The position numbers and the translations under genes were made by a program. A stretch of DNA of 64,000 bases from an uncultured delta proteobacterium (GTDB taxonomy: Bacteria; Desulfobacterota; Binatia; Binatales; Binataceae), in the NCBI GenBank assembly GCA_963711565.1, contig CAVQEQ010000001.1, positions 480,001 to 544,000 on the forward strand, given 5' to 3'. The notes under the pieces are model-generated. The model worked only from the letters and a program-made list of their open reading frames with translations. It was not told the DNA's origin and searched no databases. Below, piece after piece: positions 9,919 through 19,699 of this stretch (position 1 is the first letter of the stretch; the number at the start of each line of letters is the position of its first letter).

Positions 9919-10770
9919 TCATCCCTCACTCGTAATTCTGAACAACTCGCGCGCCTCTCCAAGACCCTTGAGTTCGTGGACTCCCGCCGATTCGAGTGCG
10001 ATCCCCGAGCCTTCCAGCAGATGCTTTGTGGTTGCCGATACCAGCACTTCGCCGGCCGCCGCCACACCGGCAACTCGTGCGGTCTCGTGTACCGCCAAAC
10101 CTCTCACATTGTCGCCCACGAACTCGACCTCGCCGGTGTGAACCCCGGCGCGAATCGCAATGCCGAGTTTTGAGACCGAGCGGCCGATCGCTCGCGCGCA
10201 TCGAACCGCTCGCGCGGGGCCGTCGAACACCGCAAGGAAACCGTCGCCGGTCGTCTGGATCTCGCGACCGCGAAAGCGGTTCAGCTCGAGCCGTGTCTGG
10301 TTGTTATGCTCCAACAGCAGCTCACGCCACGCTGAATCGCCAAGCCGCCTGAGATGCTCGGTCGAGCCCACGATATCGGTGCATAGCATCGCGGCGAGCA
10401 TGCGGTCGGCGTCCGCGGGTATCGCGTAAACCTGTGCGCTCGCGAACTCGATCGCCTCGAAAGCCTCATCGCCGGGAACCGTGGCGTCGTGACCGGGCGG
10501 AACCTCATAGACGTCGTCAACTTCGAATTCGCGCACCTCGCCCGTCTCCAATTCCACCCGGAGCCGTCCTCGGAGAACCACGCCCAGATGATGGATTTGG
10601 CACCAACGCGTGCCCGCTATCGGCCCAACGTCGCGCGACCAGTGCCAACCGGGCTCCAGCACGAATCGGCCAATCGTGGTTTCGCCATGAGATACGTTGG
10701 CGATATGCCCGTTGGGAAAGCGCCGCACCTGATCTGGATTACGGAAATTCTTTGCCTGGAGACGCGACAT
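9919..10770 (-). CDS. Cupin + class III nucleotidyl cyclase fusion
   Basis: N-terminal cupin (LEPGWHWS..CQIHH..VPPGHDA); cyclase motifs TDIVGST, TGDGF, GVHTGEV, AVHETARV and ELKG. Confidence 0.88.
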   Translation of the reverse strand: MSRLQAKNFRNPDQVRRFPNGHIANVSHGETTIGRFVLEPGWHWSRDVGPIAGTRWCQIHHLGVVLRGRLRVELETGEVREFEVDDVYEVPPGHDATVPGDEAFEAIEFASAQVYAIPADADRMLAAMLCTDIVGSTEHLRRLGDSAWRELLLEHNNQTRLELNRFRGREIQTTGDGFLAVFDGPARAVRCARAIGRSVSKLGIAIRAGVHTGEVEFVGDNVRGLAVHETARVAGVAAAGEVLVSATTKHLLEGSGIALESAGVHELKGLGEARELFRITSEG

Positions 10771-10774
10771 TGGA

Positions 10775-11584
10775 TTACCTCAGCTCCACCGGAGTCTGCC
10801 CCTCGACCACCCGCTTCGCGATTATCGCCGCCGTCGATCGCGGCACAATCCTGACCGCATTCGCCCGCACCCAGTTGAACCATCCTGAGATGACGCTCGG
10901 ATGCTTCCCCAACGCGTCGAGCGCGACCCTCACCACATTCTCCGCCGGCTCGCCGTGATCGGTGCCGACGCTCTCTCCCGCCACTGATTGGAATTCGGTC
11001 GCTGTCGGCCCCGGCTCGATCACGAGCGCATCGACGCCCGTCCCGCGCAGCTCACCCCACAATCCCTCGCCAAACAGCAAGTCGAATCCCTTGGTCGCGC
11101 TGTACACCGCATGCAGCGGCAGCGGCTGGCGTCCCGCGACACTGCCCACGACGATCACCGCGCCGCGCCCGCGCTTCACCATCCCTGGGATGATGCGGCT
11201 GGTCAGCACCACCGGCACCACGCAGTTGACGACCACCATCGAGCGCAGCCTGTCCGTCGCGAGCTTGTCGAAACGTCCCGCGTAACCGAAGCCCGCGTTG
11301 TTAACGAGCACCGCGATCTCCAAATCCGCGACCGCGTCTGCCAGCCGATCCACGCCGTCATTCGCCGCGAGATCGACGGCGACCACGCGCGTATTCACGT
11401 GATACTTCTCCTTGATCTCGCCAGCCAGCGCATTCAGCCGATCCTCACGCCGCGCCGTCAGCACAATCGACATGCCCTCGCGCGCGAGCGCCCGCGCAAA
11501 CTCAAGCCCAATCCCCGCCGACGCCCCCGTCACCAGCGCCCACTCGCCATACTTCTCCCGATACTTGCGCCCATTATCCGCCAT
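10775..11584 (-). CDS. Short-chain dehydrogenase/reductase
   Basis: TGASAGIG, NNAG and YSATK. Confidence 0.93.
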   Translation of the reverse strand: MADNGRKYREKYGEWALVTGASAGIGLEFARALAREGMSIVLTARREDRLNALAGEIKEKYHVNTRVVAVDLAANDGVDRLADAVADLEIAVLVNNAGFGYAGRFDKLATDRLRSMVVVNCVVPVVLTSRIIPGMVKRGRGAVIVVGSVAGRQPLPLHAVYSATKGFDLLFGEGLWGELRGTGVDALVIEPGPTATEFQSVAGESVGTDHGEPAENVVRVALDALGKHPSVISGWFNWVRANAVRIVPRSTAAIIAKRVVEGQTPVELR

Positions 11585-11626
11585 CGCGATTTCCTCCAGA
11601 AGAATTTTGCGCGCCCCGCGCTTCTC

Positions 11627-11664
11627 TTCCCCTCTCCAGAAGGGAGAGGGGCCAGGGGTGAGGT
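11627..11664. repeat. Palindromic repeat family B (CCCCTCTCC-loop-GGAGAGGGG..AGGGGTGAGG)
   Basis: TTCCCCTCTCCAGAAGGGAGAGGGGCCAGGGGTGAGGT. Confidence 0.85.
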
Positions 11665-11747
11665 GACTCCTTCACACCGCGCTGTCCGACTAGTATCTAG
11701 CAGCTTATGAGGCCGCAATCCTGCCTACCAAAACCTGGAGCACACCG

Positions 11748-12599
11748 ATGCAACAATCGATCTCGAAGGCAGTCCTAATCACCGGATGCTCGACCGGAAT
11801 CGGCCGCGCCACCGCCGAGCATCTCGCAACTCGCGGATGGAACGTGTACGCGACCGCGCGCAAGCCCGAGTCGATCGCCGACCTCGCGTCGCGCGGATGC
11901 AAAACGCTCGCGCTCGACGTCTGCGACGAAGCCTCGATGCGTGCGGCCGTCGCCACCGTCGAGCGTGACGAAGGCAGTGTCGGCGTGCTCATCAACAACG
12001 CCGGCTACGGCCTCGAAGGTGCGTTCGAGGAGGTGCCGATGGCCGACATTCGCCGCCAGTTCGAGACCAACGTGTTCGGGTTGATCGCGATGACCAAGCT
12101 CGTGCTGCCGGGGATGCGCCGTCAGCGATGGGGCCGTGTGGTCAATCTAAGCTCGATGGGCGGCAAGCTCACGCTCCCCGGCGGCGCTTACTATCACGCG
12201 ACCAAGCACGCGGTCGAAGCGCTCAGCGACGCGCTCCGGTTCGAGGTGAAAGGCTTTGGCATCAACGTCATCGTCATCCAGCCCGGCCCAATCAAAACGC
12301 GCTTCGGCGACACCGCCGTCGGCAGTATCGCGATGCCCAAGGATTCGCCGTACGCCGACTTCAACGCAGTACTCGAAAAACAGATCCGCGAAGCCTACGA
12401 AGGCGGCCCGATGGCCCGCTTCGCCGCCCCGCCCGAAGCAGTCGCAGGGGTAATCGAAAAAGCCATCACCGCTGCGAGCCCAAAAACCCGCTACAAAGTA
12501 ACTTTAGCCGCGCGCGTGCTGATGGGCCTGCGCCGATGGCTCCCCGACCGCGCCTTCGACGCCTTCCTACGCACGCAGTTCCCCCCACCGAGTCCCTGA
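11748..12599 (+). CDS. Short-chain dehydrogenase/reductase
   Basis: TGCSTGIG, NNAG and YHATK; GGAG RBS. Confidence 0.93.
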   Translation: MQQSISKAVLITGCSTGIGRATAEHLATRGWNVYATARKPESIADLASRGCKTLALDVCDEASMRAAVATVERDEGSVGVLINNAGYGLEGAFEEVPMADIRRQFETNVFGLIAMTKLVLPGMRRQRWGRVVNLSSMGGKLTLPGGAYYHATKHAVEALSDALRFEVKGFGINVIVIQPGPIKTRFGDTAVGSIAMPKDSPYADFNAVLEKQIREAYEGGPMARFAAPPEAVAGVIEKAITAASPKTRYKVTLAARVLMGLRRWLPDRAFDAFLRTQFPPPSP

Positions 12600-12621
12600 C
12601 CTCAAACAGCTAACTCCAAGT

Positions 12622-12683
12622 CCTCGCCTCCCCCTAATGTTGAGGGAGGCCGCCTCTCGTCTTCGAGCGGCGGGTGGAGGATC
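12622..12683. repeat. Palindromic repeat family A, copy 3
   Basis: CCTCGCCTCCC..GGGAGG-CCGCCTCTCGTCTTCGAGCGGCGGGTGGAGGATC. Confidence 0.85.
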
Positions 12684-12726
12684 TTTGATTCCGAACTTTG
12701 TGTTCTCTCCTGCAAATTCGGCGGCC

Positions 12727-12756
12727 TTGACAGCATAGCGAAGAAAAAGCGAAGAT
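12727..12756 (+). promoter_or_regulatory. Sigma70-like promoter overlapped by a GCGAA-N6-GCGAA direct repeat (LexA-box-like)
   Basis: TTGACA at 12727-12732; GCGAA at 12738 and 12749 (11-bp period). The -10 element is weak. Confidence 0.5.
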
Positions 12757-12770
12757 AGCCATGCCGTCAC

Positions 12771-13760
12771 ATGAACACCGCCGCCACACTGCCCCTTTAC
12801 TCGCCCCCGCCAGACAACCTCGACGCGACCCGCGGCGTCGAGTTTATCGCGATGCCGGTGCGCCAGATTCTCAATCGATGCGACAGCCCGCGCATGCCGT
12901 TTCGATGGACTATCAACCCATATCGCGGCTGCGAGTTCGGATGCGTGTACTGCTACGCGCGCTATACTCACGACTTTCTCGAATTGCGCGACCCGATGGA
13001 CTTCGAGCGCAAGATTTTCGTCAAGCGGATGGCGGCCGAGGTGCTGTCGCGCACGCTCTCACGCACCCCAATCGGCACCGACGCTATCGCCATCGGCACC
13101 GCAACCGATCCCTATCAGCCCGCCGAGCGCAAGTACGGGCTGACGCGCTCGATGCTCGAGGTCTTCGCGAATCTCTCGGGCCTCGACCTGTCGATCACCA
13201 CCAAGTCGAGCCTGATCGTTCGCGACCTCGAGTTGCTGCGAAAGATCAACCGGCGCTCGAAGCTGTCGGTGAACTTCTCGCTGATAACGCTCGACCGCAA
13301 GCTGCAGCGCATCCTCGAGCCGCGCGCGCCGCGACCCGGCCTGCGGCTCCGCGCGTTGTTCGAGCTGGCGGGCGCGGGAATCCGATGCAACGTGCTGATG
13401 ATGCCGATGATACCCGGTCTGACCGACGATCCCGCGGCGATCGAGAACGTGATTCGCGCCGCGCGTCGCGCGAACGCGTCGGGCGTATGGTGGCGTTCGC
13501 TGTTTCTAAAGCCCGCAGCCGCGCGCCGCTTCATTCCGTTCGTCAAGGAGCGTTTCCCCCACCTGGCGGAGCGCATCGACATGTTCTACGGCCGCGCCGA
13601 ATACGCACCGCAAGCCTACGACGATCGCATGCGCCGGATTTTCGATCGCATCCGCGAGCGCTACGGCTTCCCCATCAGCAACGAGCACCATATGGTGCAA
13701 CCTCCCGTTGCGCCGCAGCCGCCTCCCGCTCAACTCGACTTGCAATTGACCGGATGTTAG
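12771..13760 (+). CDS. Radical SAM protein, Rv2578c/SplB-like DNA-repair-associated family
   Basis: INPYRGCEFGCVYCYAR (CxxxCxxC), GTATDPYQPAE, ITTKS and LEPRAP. Confidence 0.92.
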   Translation: MNTAATLPLYSPPPDNLDATRGVEFIAMPVRQILNRCDSPRMPFRWTINPYRGCEFGCVYCYARYTHDFLELRDPMDFERKIFVKRMAAEVLSRTLSRTPIGTDAIAIGTATDPYQPAERKYGLTRSMLEVFANLSGLDLSITTKSSLIVRDLELLRKINRRSKLSVNFSLITLDRKLQRILEPRAPRPGLRLRALFELAGAGIRCNVLMMPMIPGLTDDPAAIENVIRAARRANASGVWWRSLFLKPAAARRFIPFVKERFPHLAERIDMFYGRAEYAPQAYDDRMRRIFDRIRERYGFPISNEHHMVQPPVAPQPPPAQLDLQLTGC

Positions 13761-13814
13761 CAGCTATCGCGTGTGTGGTAGCCTAAGTGATAGATAGTTT
13801 GTCGCGAGATACAT

Positions 13815-14564
13815 ATGGGAGATAAATCGTCAATTGAGTGGACGGATGCGACGTGGAACCCCGTCACCGGCTGCACGAAGGTCAGCCCCGGCTGCAAGCA
13901 CTGCTACGCGGAGAGACTGGCCCGTAGACTTCACGCCATGGGAAATCCCCGATACCGCAACAGCTTCCAGACAACACTTCACTCCGATCAGATAGATCTC
14001 CCTTTAAAGTGGCGCCAACCGCGCAGAATCTTCGTGAACAGCATGAGCGACTTATTTCACGATGACGTCCCTGACGCTTTCATCGAGCGCGTTTTTGCAA
14101 CGATGGGGAGAGCTTCGTGGCATGTGTTTCAAATCCTCACCAAGAGGGCAGAACGACTCGCCGAAATGGCGACGCAGCTTCAGTGGCCGGGGAATGTGTG
14201 GCAGGGAGTCTCTACGGAGAGTCAGGAGTACGTCTACCGGATTCAGCTACTGAGGCAAGTGCCGGCCGCTGTAAGATTCGTATCAGTGGAGCCTATGCTA
14301 GGGCGGATTAAACGGCTACCGCTTCGCGGAATTCATTGGGTGATCGTGGGTGGCGAAAGTGGCCCCAACTTCCGTCGAATCGATCCCGATTGGGTGCGAG
14401 AAATTCGCGACCAGTGCTTGGCAGCTAAGGTTCCATTTTTCTTCAAGCAGTGGGGTGGCTTCAGACCAAAGTCCGGAGGTCGCAAGCTAGAAGGCAGAAC
14501 TTGGGACGAGAGTCCTCCAGCGCCTCCCCTCGGAGCCGCTGAAATTCGCGAGCACCGTGTGTGA
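13815..14564 (+). CDS. DUF5131 (phage Gp37/Gp68-like, three-Cys motif) protein
   Basis: [49 protein letters not shown] and FFFKQWGG. Confidence 0.93.
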   Translation: MGDKSSIEWTDATWNPVTGCTKVSPGCKHCYAERLARRLHAMGNPRYRNSFQTTLHSDQIDLPLKWRQPRRIFVNSMSDLFHDDVPDAFIERVFATMGRASWHVFQILTKRAERLAEMATQLQWPGNVWQGVSTESQEYVYRIQLLRQVPAAVRFVSVEPMLGRIKRLPLRGIHWVIVGGESGPNFRRIDPDWVREIRDQCLAAKVPFFFKQWGGFRPKSGGRKLEGRTWDESPPAPPLGAAEIREHRV

Positions 14565-15678
14565 CCGCTCCTCGCGATACAACTTGGCCGATCGAAGCGC
14601 ACACCCTGACCAAGCACAGGATTCTGGAGCGATATCTTCAGGGCTGGTTGCCCGTGATGGCCAAGACAAACGGCCGGATCCATTTTCTCGATGGATTCGC
14701 TGGACCGGGGCGCTATAGCGGCGGTGAAATCGGTTCGCCGCTGATTGCGTTACAATCGTTACTGAGGCACCCGCACTTCGCGAGGGCAAACAACCAGCGC
14801 GAGGTCGTATTTTCCTTCTTCGAGCAAGATAAGAGACGGGCAGACGCTCTACGGGAAGAGCTGAAGCGAGTTACTCTTCCGAAATGGGTTAGCTGCACTG
14901 TGCTCGACGGCGAGTTTGCCCCGCTGCTGTCCTCCATTCTGGATAAATTCGAGGCGGAAGGAAATCAGCTCGCTCCCACATTTGCGTTCGTCGACCCCTT
15001 TGGCTTCGCCGGGGTGCCGATGGACCTGATAGCTCGGATCGCGAGAAATGCAAAGTGTGAATGCTTCATCAATTTCATGTACGAGGAAGTAAACCGATTT
15101 CTGAGCGTTCCAGCCGTTGCCGAACACTATGACGCGCTCTTCGGAACACCAAGATGGCGTGAAATTGTTGATGAAACCGACCCCGACAGACGCAGGGACA
15201 GAATCGCGGATCTCTACCGAAAGCAACTAGAAACGGTCGCGGGCTTCAAATACGTCCGCGAGTTCCAAATGGTGAACCGGGGAAATAGAACGAAGTACTT
15301 TCTCTACTTCGCCACAAAAAGCGAGAAGGACTAAGCTTAATGAAAGCAGCTATGTGGAAGGCCGACCCGGGAGGTGGAGCGATCTTCTCCGACCGAACGA
15401 ACGAAGGCCAAATCGTACTATTCGGACCGTCGCCTAATCTCGCGTTACTCAGATCGATGTTGACACAGCGGTTCCGAGGACAAGGTCTGACGGACATAAG
15501 CGAGATTGAAAGATACGTTCTCATTGATACGCCTTTCTCAGAAACCATGCATTTGAAGAAAGCGACCTTGGGGCCAATGGAAAAAAATGAGCCCAAGTTG
15601 ATTGAAGTTCATCGTCCGATGGGCAAAACCAATCGGGCCGGCAGTTATCCACCGGGTACAAAGATAAAATTCATTTGA
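14561..15678 (+). CDS. tcmP: Three-Cys-motif partner protein TcmP (methyltransferase-like), frameshifted near 15329
   Basis: [20 protein letters not shown] and FAFVDPFG; GTGA overlap with DUF5131. Adding one G in AAGGACTA gives [15 protein letters not shown] and joins ORF 15340..15678. Confidence 0.85.
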
Positions 15679-15699
15679 AATGGGTATCGCTTCCGCCCG

Positions 15700-16506
15700 T
15701 TATTCGCCCTTGAAGTTTGCCGCGCGCTTTTCGACGAACGATTTCGCGCCTTCGAGATGATCCTTCGACGTTAGCATCAGATGCTGGCCGTGCCGCTGGT
15801 AGTCGAAGAAGTACGGCAGATTCAGATTCAGCCCGACGCGCAAGGTCTCCTTGGCGAGCCGCTGCGCGAGCGGGGCCTGCGCCGCGATCTTCTTCGCGAA
15901 CGCCAGTGTCGCTTCGCCGAGCTGCGCGTGCGGCACGACCTTGTTCACCATCCCGATTCGCTCGGCCTCGGCGGCGTCGATTATGTCGCCGCTCAGGATC
16001 AGTTCGTACGCGCGTGCGAGTCCGACCAGCCGCGGCAGCACCAGCAATCCGCCCGCTTCGGGAATCAGTCCGCGCCGAATGAACACCTCGCCGAAGCGCG
16101 CCTGGTCCGAGCACACGCGCATGTCGCACATCAGCGCGATATCGCAGCCGTAGCCGACCGCCGCGCCGTTGACCGAGGCGATCGTCGGCTTCGGATAGGT
16201 GACGAGCAAATCGAGCGCGACCGGACGATGCTCGCGCCACTCGTCAACCAATTTGCGCTGAGCGGGCTTGGTATCGCGAAACTCGGGATTGAGAAAGATC
16301 TCCTTGACGTCATCACCCGCGCAGAACGCGCGCCCCGCGCCCGTCAGCACCACGACGCGCACGCTGTCGTCGGCCTCGGCATCGCGCAGCGCGTCAACCA
16401 TCTCGTCGTAAGTTTTGATCGTCGCGGCGTTCATCACCTGCGGCCGATTGATCGTGATCGTCGCGACCGCGTCGCGCTTGTCGTAGAGAATATCGCTGTA
16501 TGCCAT
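15700..16506 (-). CDS. Enoyl-CoA hydratase/isomerase family protein
   Basis: INRP, AFCAGDD, VNGAAVGYG, GLIPEAG and SFVEKR. Confidence 0.92.
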   Translation of the reverse strand: MAYSDILYDKRDAVATITINRPQVMNAATIKTYDEMVDALRDAEADDSVRVVVLTGAGRAFCAGDDVKEIFLNPEFRDTKPAQRKLVDEWREHRPVALDLLVTYPKPTIASVNGAAVGYGCDIALMCDMRVCSDQARFGEVFIRRGLIPEAGGLLVLPRLVGLARAYELILSGDIIDAAEAERIGMVNKVVPHAQLGEATLAFAKKIAAQAPLAQRLAKETLRVGLNLNLPYFFDYQRHGQHLMLTSKDHLEGAKSFVEKRAANFKGE

Positions 16507-16539
16507 TGCTATGACTCCTCGCGTGATTGTGGATGTGCG

Positions 16540-17973
16540 TTACGAATGCGGATAAGCGTCGCTGCCCATCTCGAGCGCATCCAGCCCCGACCATTCCACT
16601 TCCACCAGCACGCGGTTGCCGATCGTGCGCTCGACGATCTTGAAGAACAGCATCGATAATCCGAATACCACGACCAGGTTCACCGTTACACCGATCAACT
16701 GCGCGAAAAATTGCCCGACATCGCCGTAGAGCAAGCCGGTCACCGGTCCCGCTACACCGTTCCATCCGTCGCCGTAGGTGCCGTCGGCGAGCAGGCCGAG
16801 CGCGAGCGCGCCCCAGATGCCGCATACACCATGCACCGCGATCGCGCCGACCGGATCGTCGATTCGATAGCGCCGTTCGAGTTCCAGCACCGCCCACACG
16901 ACCAGCAGTCCCGCGATCGTGCCGATCAAAACCGCCGCCGCCGGTGTCACGAATGCGCACGGCGCCGTGATTGCGACGAGCCCGCCCAGCAAGCCGTTAC
17001 ACGCCATCGCGATATCGGGTTTGTTGTAACGATGCCACAGGTAGAGCAGCGACGAGAGCGCGCCGGCCGCCGAGGAAAGCATCGTGTTCACACCGATGAT
17101 CGCGATGCGCGGATCCGATGCGGCCAGGGTCGAGCCGCAGTTGAAGCCGAACCATCCGAACGCGAGAATCAACGTTCCGCTCACGGCCATCGGCAGGTTG
17201 TGTCCGGGCAACGCTCCGATTGCGCCGTCGCGGCGGAACTTTCCGATGCGCGGACCCACCATGTAGGCGCCGGCCAGCGCTGTCACTCCGCCCGTCATGT
17301 GCACGACCGACGACCCGGCGAAATCGAGATGGCCGTGCCCGAGTCCCAAGTTCACCCCGAGCTGCGAGAGCCACCCGCCGCCCCAGACCCAATTACCGTA
17401 CAGCGGATACAGGAACATCGACATGAACAGTCCGTAGACGAAGAACGCTTTGAACTTCCATCGCTCCGCCATCGCGCCGGTCGGAATGGTCGCCGCCGTA
17501 TCCATGAAGACCAGCGAGAACAGAAACATGCCGAGGCTGGCGGGATCGCGGCTGACGTTGAGCAGCGCGAACTTACTGAACCCCAGGATGCCGTACGAGT
17601 GCGAGCCGATCGTGATCGACAGCTCGTGATGGTCGATCGCACCCATCCCGAGCGAGGGCCAGTGCGCGATTCCGCCCATCATGAAGCCGTAGCCGCAGAG
17701 CCAGAAACCGATGATGCCGATCGGGTAGATGATCAGGTTCATCGCCATGGTGTTGACCGCGTTCTTCGAGCGCGTGAACCCCGTCTCGACCATCGCGAAC
17801 CCGAGCTGCATGAACATCACGAGGAAACCCGCAATCAGCAGCCACGCGAGGTTCAGCGAATTGTCCAGCGGCGGCGATGACGCGGCGGTCTGCGCGCGCG
17901 CGACCGACGAAAACAGCATCAGCGCGGCGACAGTCGCGGCGGCCAATCCGAGTTGCGATCGTCTCGGCATCAT
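16540..17973 (-). CDS. amt: Ammonium transporter Amt #1
   Basis: MQLGFAMVE, GAMAER, DFAGSSVVH, FGWFGFN and DDPVGAIAVHG (twin His intact). The ATG at 17973 overlaps the kinase TGA. Confidence 0.95.
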   Translation of the reverse strand: MMPRRSQLGLAAATVAALMLFSSVARAQTAASSPPLDNSLNLAWLLIAGFLVMFMQLGFAMVETGFTRSKNAVNTMAMNLIIYPIGIIGFWLCGYGFMMGGIAHWPSLGMGAIDHHELSITIGSHSYGILGFSKFALLNVSRDPASLGMFLFSLVFMDTAATIPTGAMAERWKFKAFFVYGLFMSMFLYPLYGNWVWGGGWLSQLGVNLGLGHGHLDFAGSSVVHMTGGVTALAGAYMVGPRIGKFRRDGAIGALPGHNLPMAVSGTLILAFGWFGFNCGSTLAASDPRIAIIGVNTMLSSAAGALSSLLYLWHRYNKPDIAMACNGLLGGLVAITAPCAFVTPAAAVLIGTIAGLLVVWAVLELERRYRIDDPVGAIAVHGVCGIWGALALGLLADGTYGDGWNGVAGPVTGLLYGDVGQFFAQLIGVTVNLVVVFGLSMLFFKIVERTIGNRVLVEVEWSGLDALEMGSDAYPHS

Positions 17974-18983
17974 CTCGTCTGCCCTCGATATGACCGGCGC
18001 GGAGGAGCCTTGGACGCCGGGTAACGGTTTGCGAGCCAAATCAAAAGTAAAAAGGCCCCGATCAGCGATGTGAAGAACGCCACGTACCCAAGCCTGCGGC
18101 GCATGTTCTGCATCGCGAGGCTGCGTGGATGCAGCCGCTCCGCGCGGTTCTGCGGCACGACGCGCGACGGATCGCGCAGGTCCTCGAGCATCTCTGCCGC
18201 GCTCGCATAGCGGTCGCGCGGATTGCGCTCGATCGCGTGCAGCACGATCTCTTCGAGATGCGGATCGATATCCGGTTTGAACGCGGACGGCGGCTGCGGA
18301 TCTTCCGCGGTCTTCGAGCGCATCACGTTGTAAACGTTGGGGCCCGAGTACGGCAGGTGGTTGGTCAGCATTTCGTAGAGAATCGTGCCCAGCGAATAGA
18401 TGTCGGTGCGGACGTCGCCGCGCCGGCCGCTGACCTGCTCGGGCGCCATGTAGTCGGGCGTGCCGATAGTCGACGACAACCCGGACCAGGTCAGCCGTCG
18501 CGCCGACTCGTCGAGTGCGATTCCGAAATCCATGACCTTGGTTTTGCCATCAGCCGTCACCAGGATATTTTCCGGCTTCAAATCCCGATGCACCACGCCT
18601 TCGCCGTGCATGTACACAAGCGTCTCCGCCAACTGCCGTGTAAGATCGAGTGCCTTTTCCAGCGGCAGCCCGGGTTCTCGCATCATCGAGCGCAGCGACT
18701 CGCCCTCGATGTACTCCATCGCGATGTACATGCGGCTTTTTTTCCTCGGCGTGAGGACCTTGACGATGCCGGGATGGTCGAGGCGGCGCCCGACTTCTTC
18801 TTCGCGCTGAAAGCGGCCGTAGAAGACCACGTCGCTCTCGAACTGCATGTAGGGAACTTTGATCGCGACCGTCTCGCCGCTGATTTGATCGACGGCTTTG
18901 AAGATCGACGCCATCCCGCTGCGCGCGATCACCTCGATCAACTTGTACTGATCGAGGTTTTCACCAACGCTGACCTCGCGCAT
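17970..18983 (-). CDS. Hanks-type Ser/Thr protein kinase with a C-terminal TM anchor
   Basis: ARSGMA Gly loop, VAIK, HRDLKPEN, DFG, GTPDYMAPE and DIYSLG; TM segment LGYVAFFTSLIGAFLLLIWLA. Confidence 0.95.
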   Translation of the reverse strand: MREVSVGENLDQYKLIEVIARSGMASIFKAVDQISGETVAIKVPYMQFESDVVFYGRFQREEEVGRRLDHPGIVKVLTPRKKSRMYIAMEYIEGESLRSMMREPGLPLEKALDLTRQLAETLVYMHGEGVVHRDLKPENILVTADGKTKVMDFGIALDESARRLTWSGLSSTIGTPDYMAPEQVSGRRGDVRTDIYSLGTILYEMLTNHLPYSGPNVYNVMRSKTAEDPQPPSAFKPDIDPHLEEIVLHAIERNPRDRYASAAEMLEDLRDPSRVVPQNRAERLHPRSLAMQNMRRRLGYVAFFTSLIGAFLLLIWLANRYPASKAPPRRSYRGQTR

Positions 18984-19699
18984 GTCTGGACCGTCTCGGG
19001 AAAAGGGTCAGCGGACGTTAACACCCGACCCGCCGCCAATGGAAGGGCTGGGCGACAGGCGCGATTCTGAAGGATCGAATACGGTTGGAGAGCGCAATTC
19101 ATACCATCCGTGGTCGTTTAGGGACAGCTCCGCTACCAAGGTAGTCTCGTTCCGTCAGAAATCGTCTTTTGCCAGAAGTCGGCGCCGCCCGATTTCTGTG
19201 GAACCTTTGCAAGTATGCGCGATTCTGAAAGTTGTTCATAACCGTGAGGTGCGGCACGCCATGTCCAGCGGCGGCAGGCTGAATAGTTCATCTCCTCAAA
19301 TCGATGACTCGAATTATGTTGCACAGCAAGCGGAGCATCTTCGGCATGACGGCAAAAAAATGGCGGTCGTGTCTCTGAATCTAGCGCGACGGCAAAATCT
19401 GGGCATTTTTAACTTTTGAGAGCAAACGGGTTGGGCGGATCCTGGCGCAGAACCCTGGTAGCGGATGGAGTTGAGGGTGGCATTCTCCTTGCTCGACTTA
19501 GGGTGTGTACAAACTTTCCGCAACATGAAGAGAAAACTTCCGCATCGGTCGTCGCGGAGTTCGATTTTGGATAGAATGCACGCAAAGTTGATGATGGCAA
19601 GCGATTGACTCGCGCATTCGGAGTCAGAACAAGGCGTAGTGAATATCGCGATTCAATAGCCAAGACCGCAGAAGGGGCGAGCGCAGGGACACCATTCTG

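Noticed and set aside
13815-15678. Prophage suggested by the Gp37/Gp68 label
   Set aside because: No structural, terminase, integrase or replication genes are nearby, and DUF5131-TcmP occurs outside phages.
16711-19070. Long plus-strand ORFs opposite amt#1 and the kinase (also 31326..32531, 35530..36621, 50194..51369, 59059..60186)
   Set aside because: These are antisense shadows expected in high-GC coding DNA: Arg/Ala-rich and without motifs.
18984-19699. Controller (C) protein, integrase remnant or target-site duplication for the R-M cassette
   Set aside because: The short ORFs show no HTH or recombinase motif, and the only flank match (GCCAGAAG near 19171 and 21277) is too short to trust.
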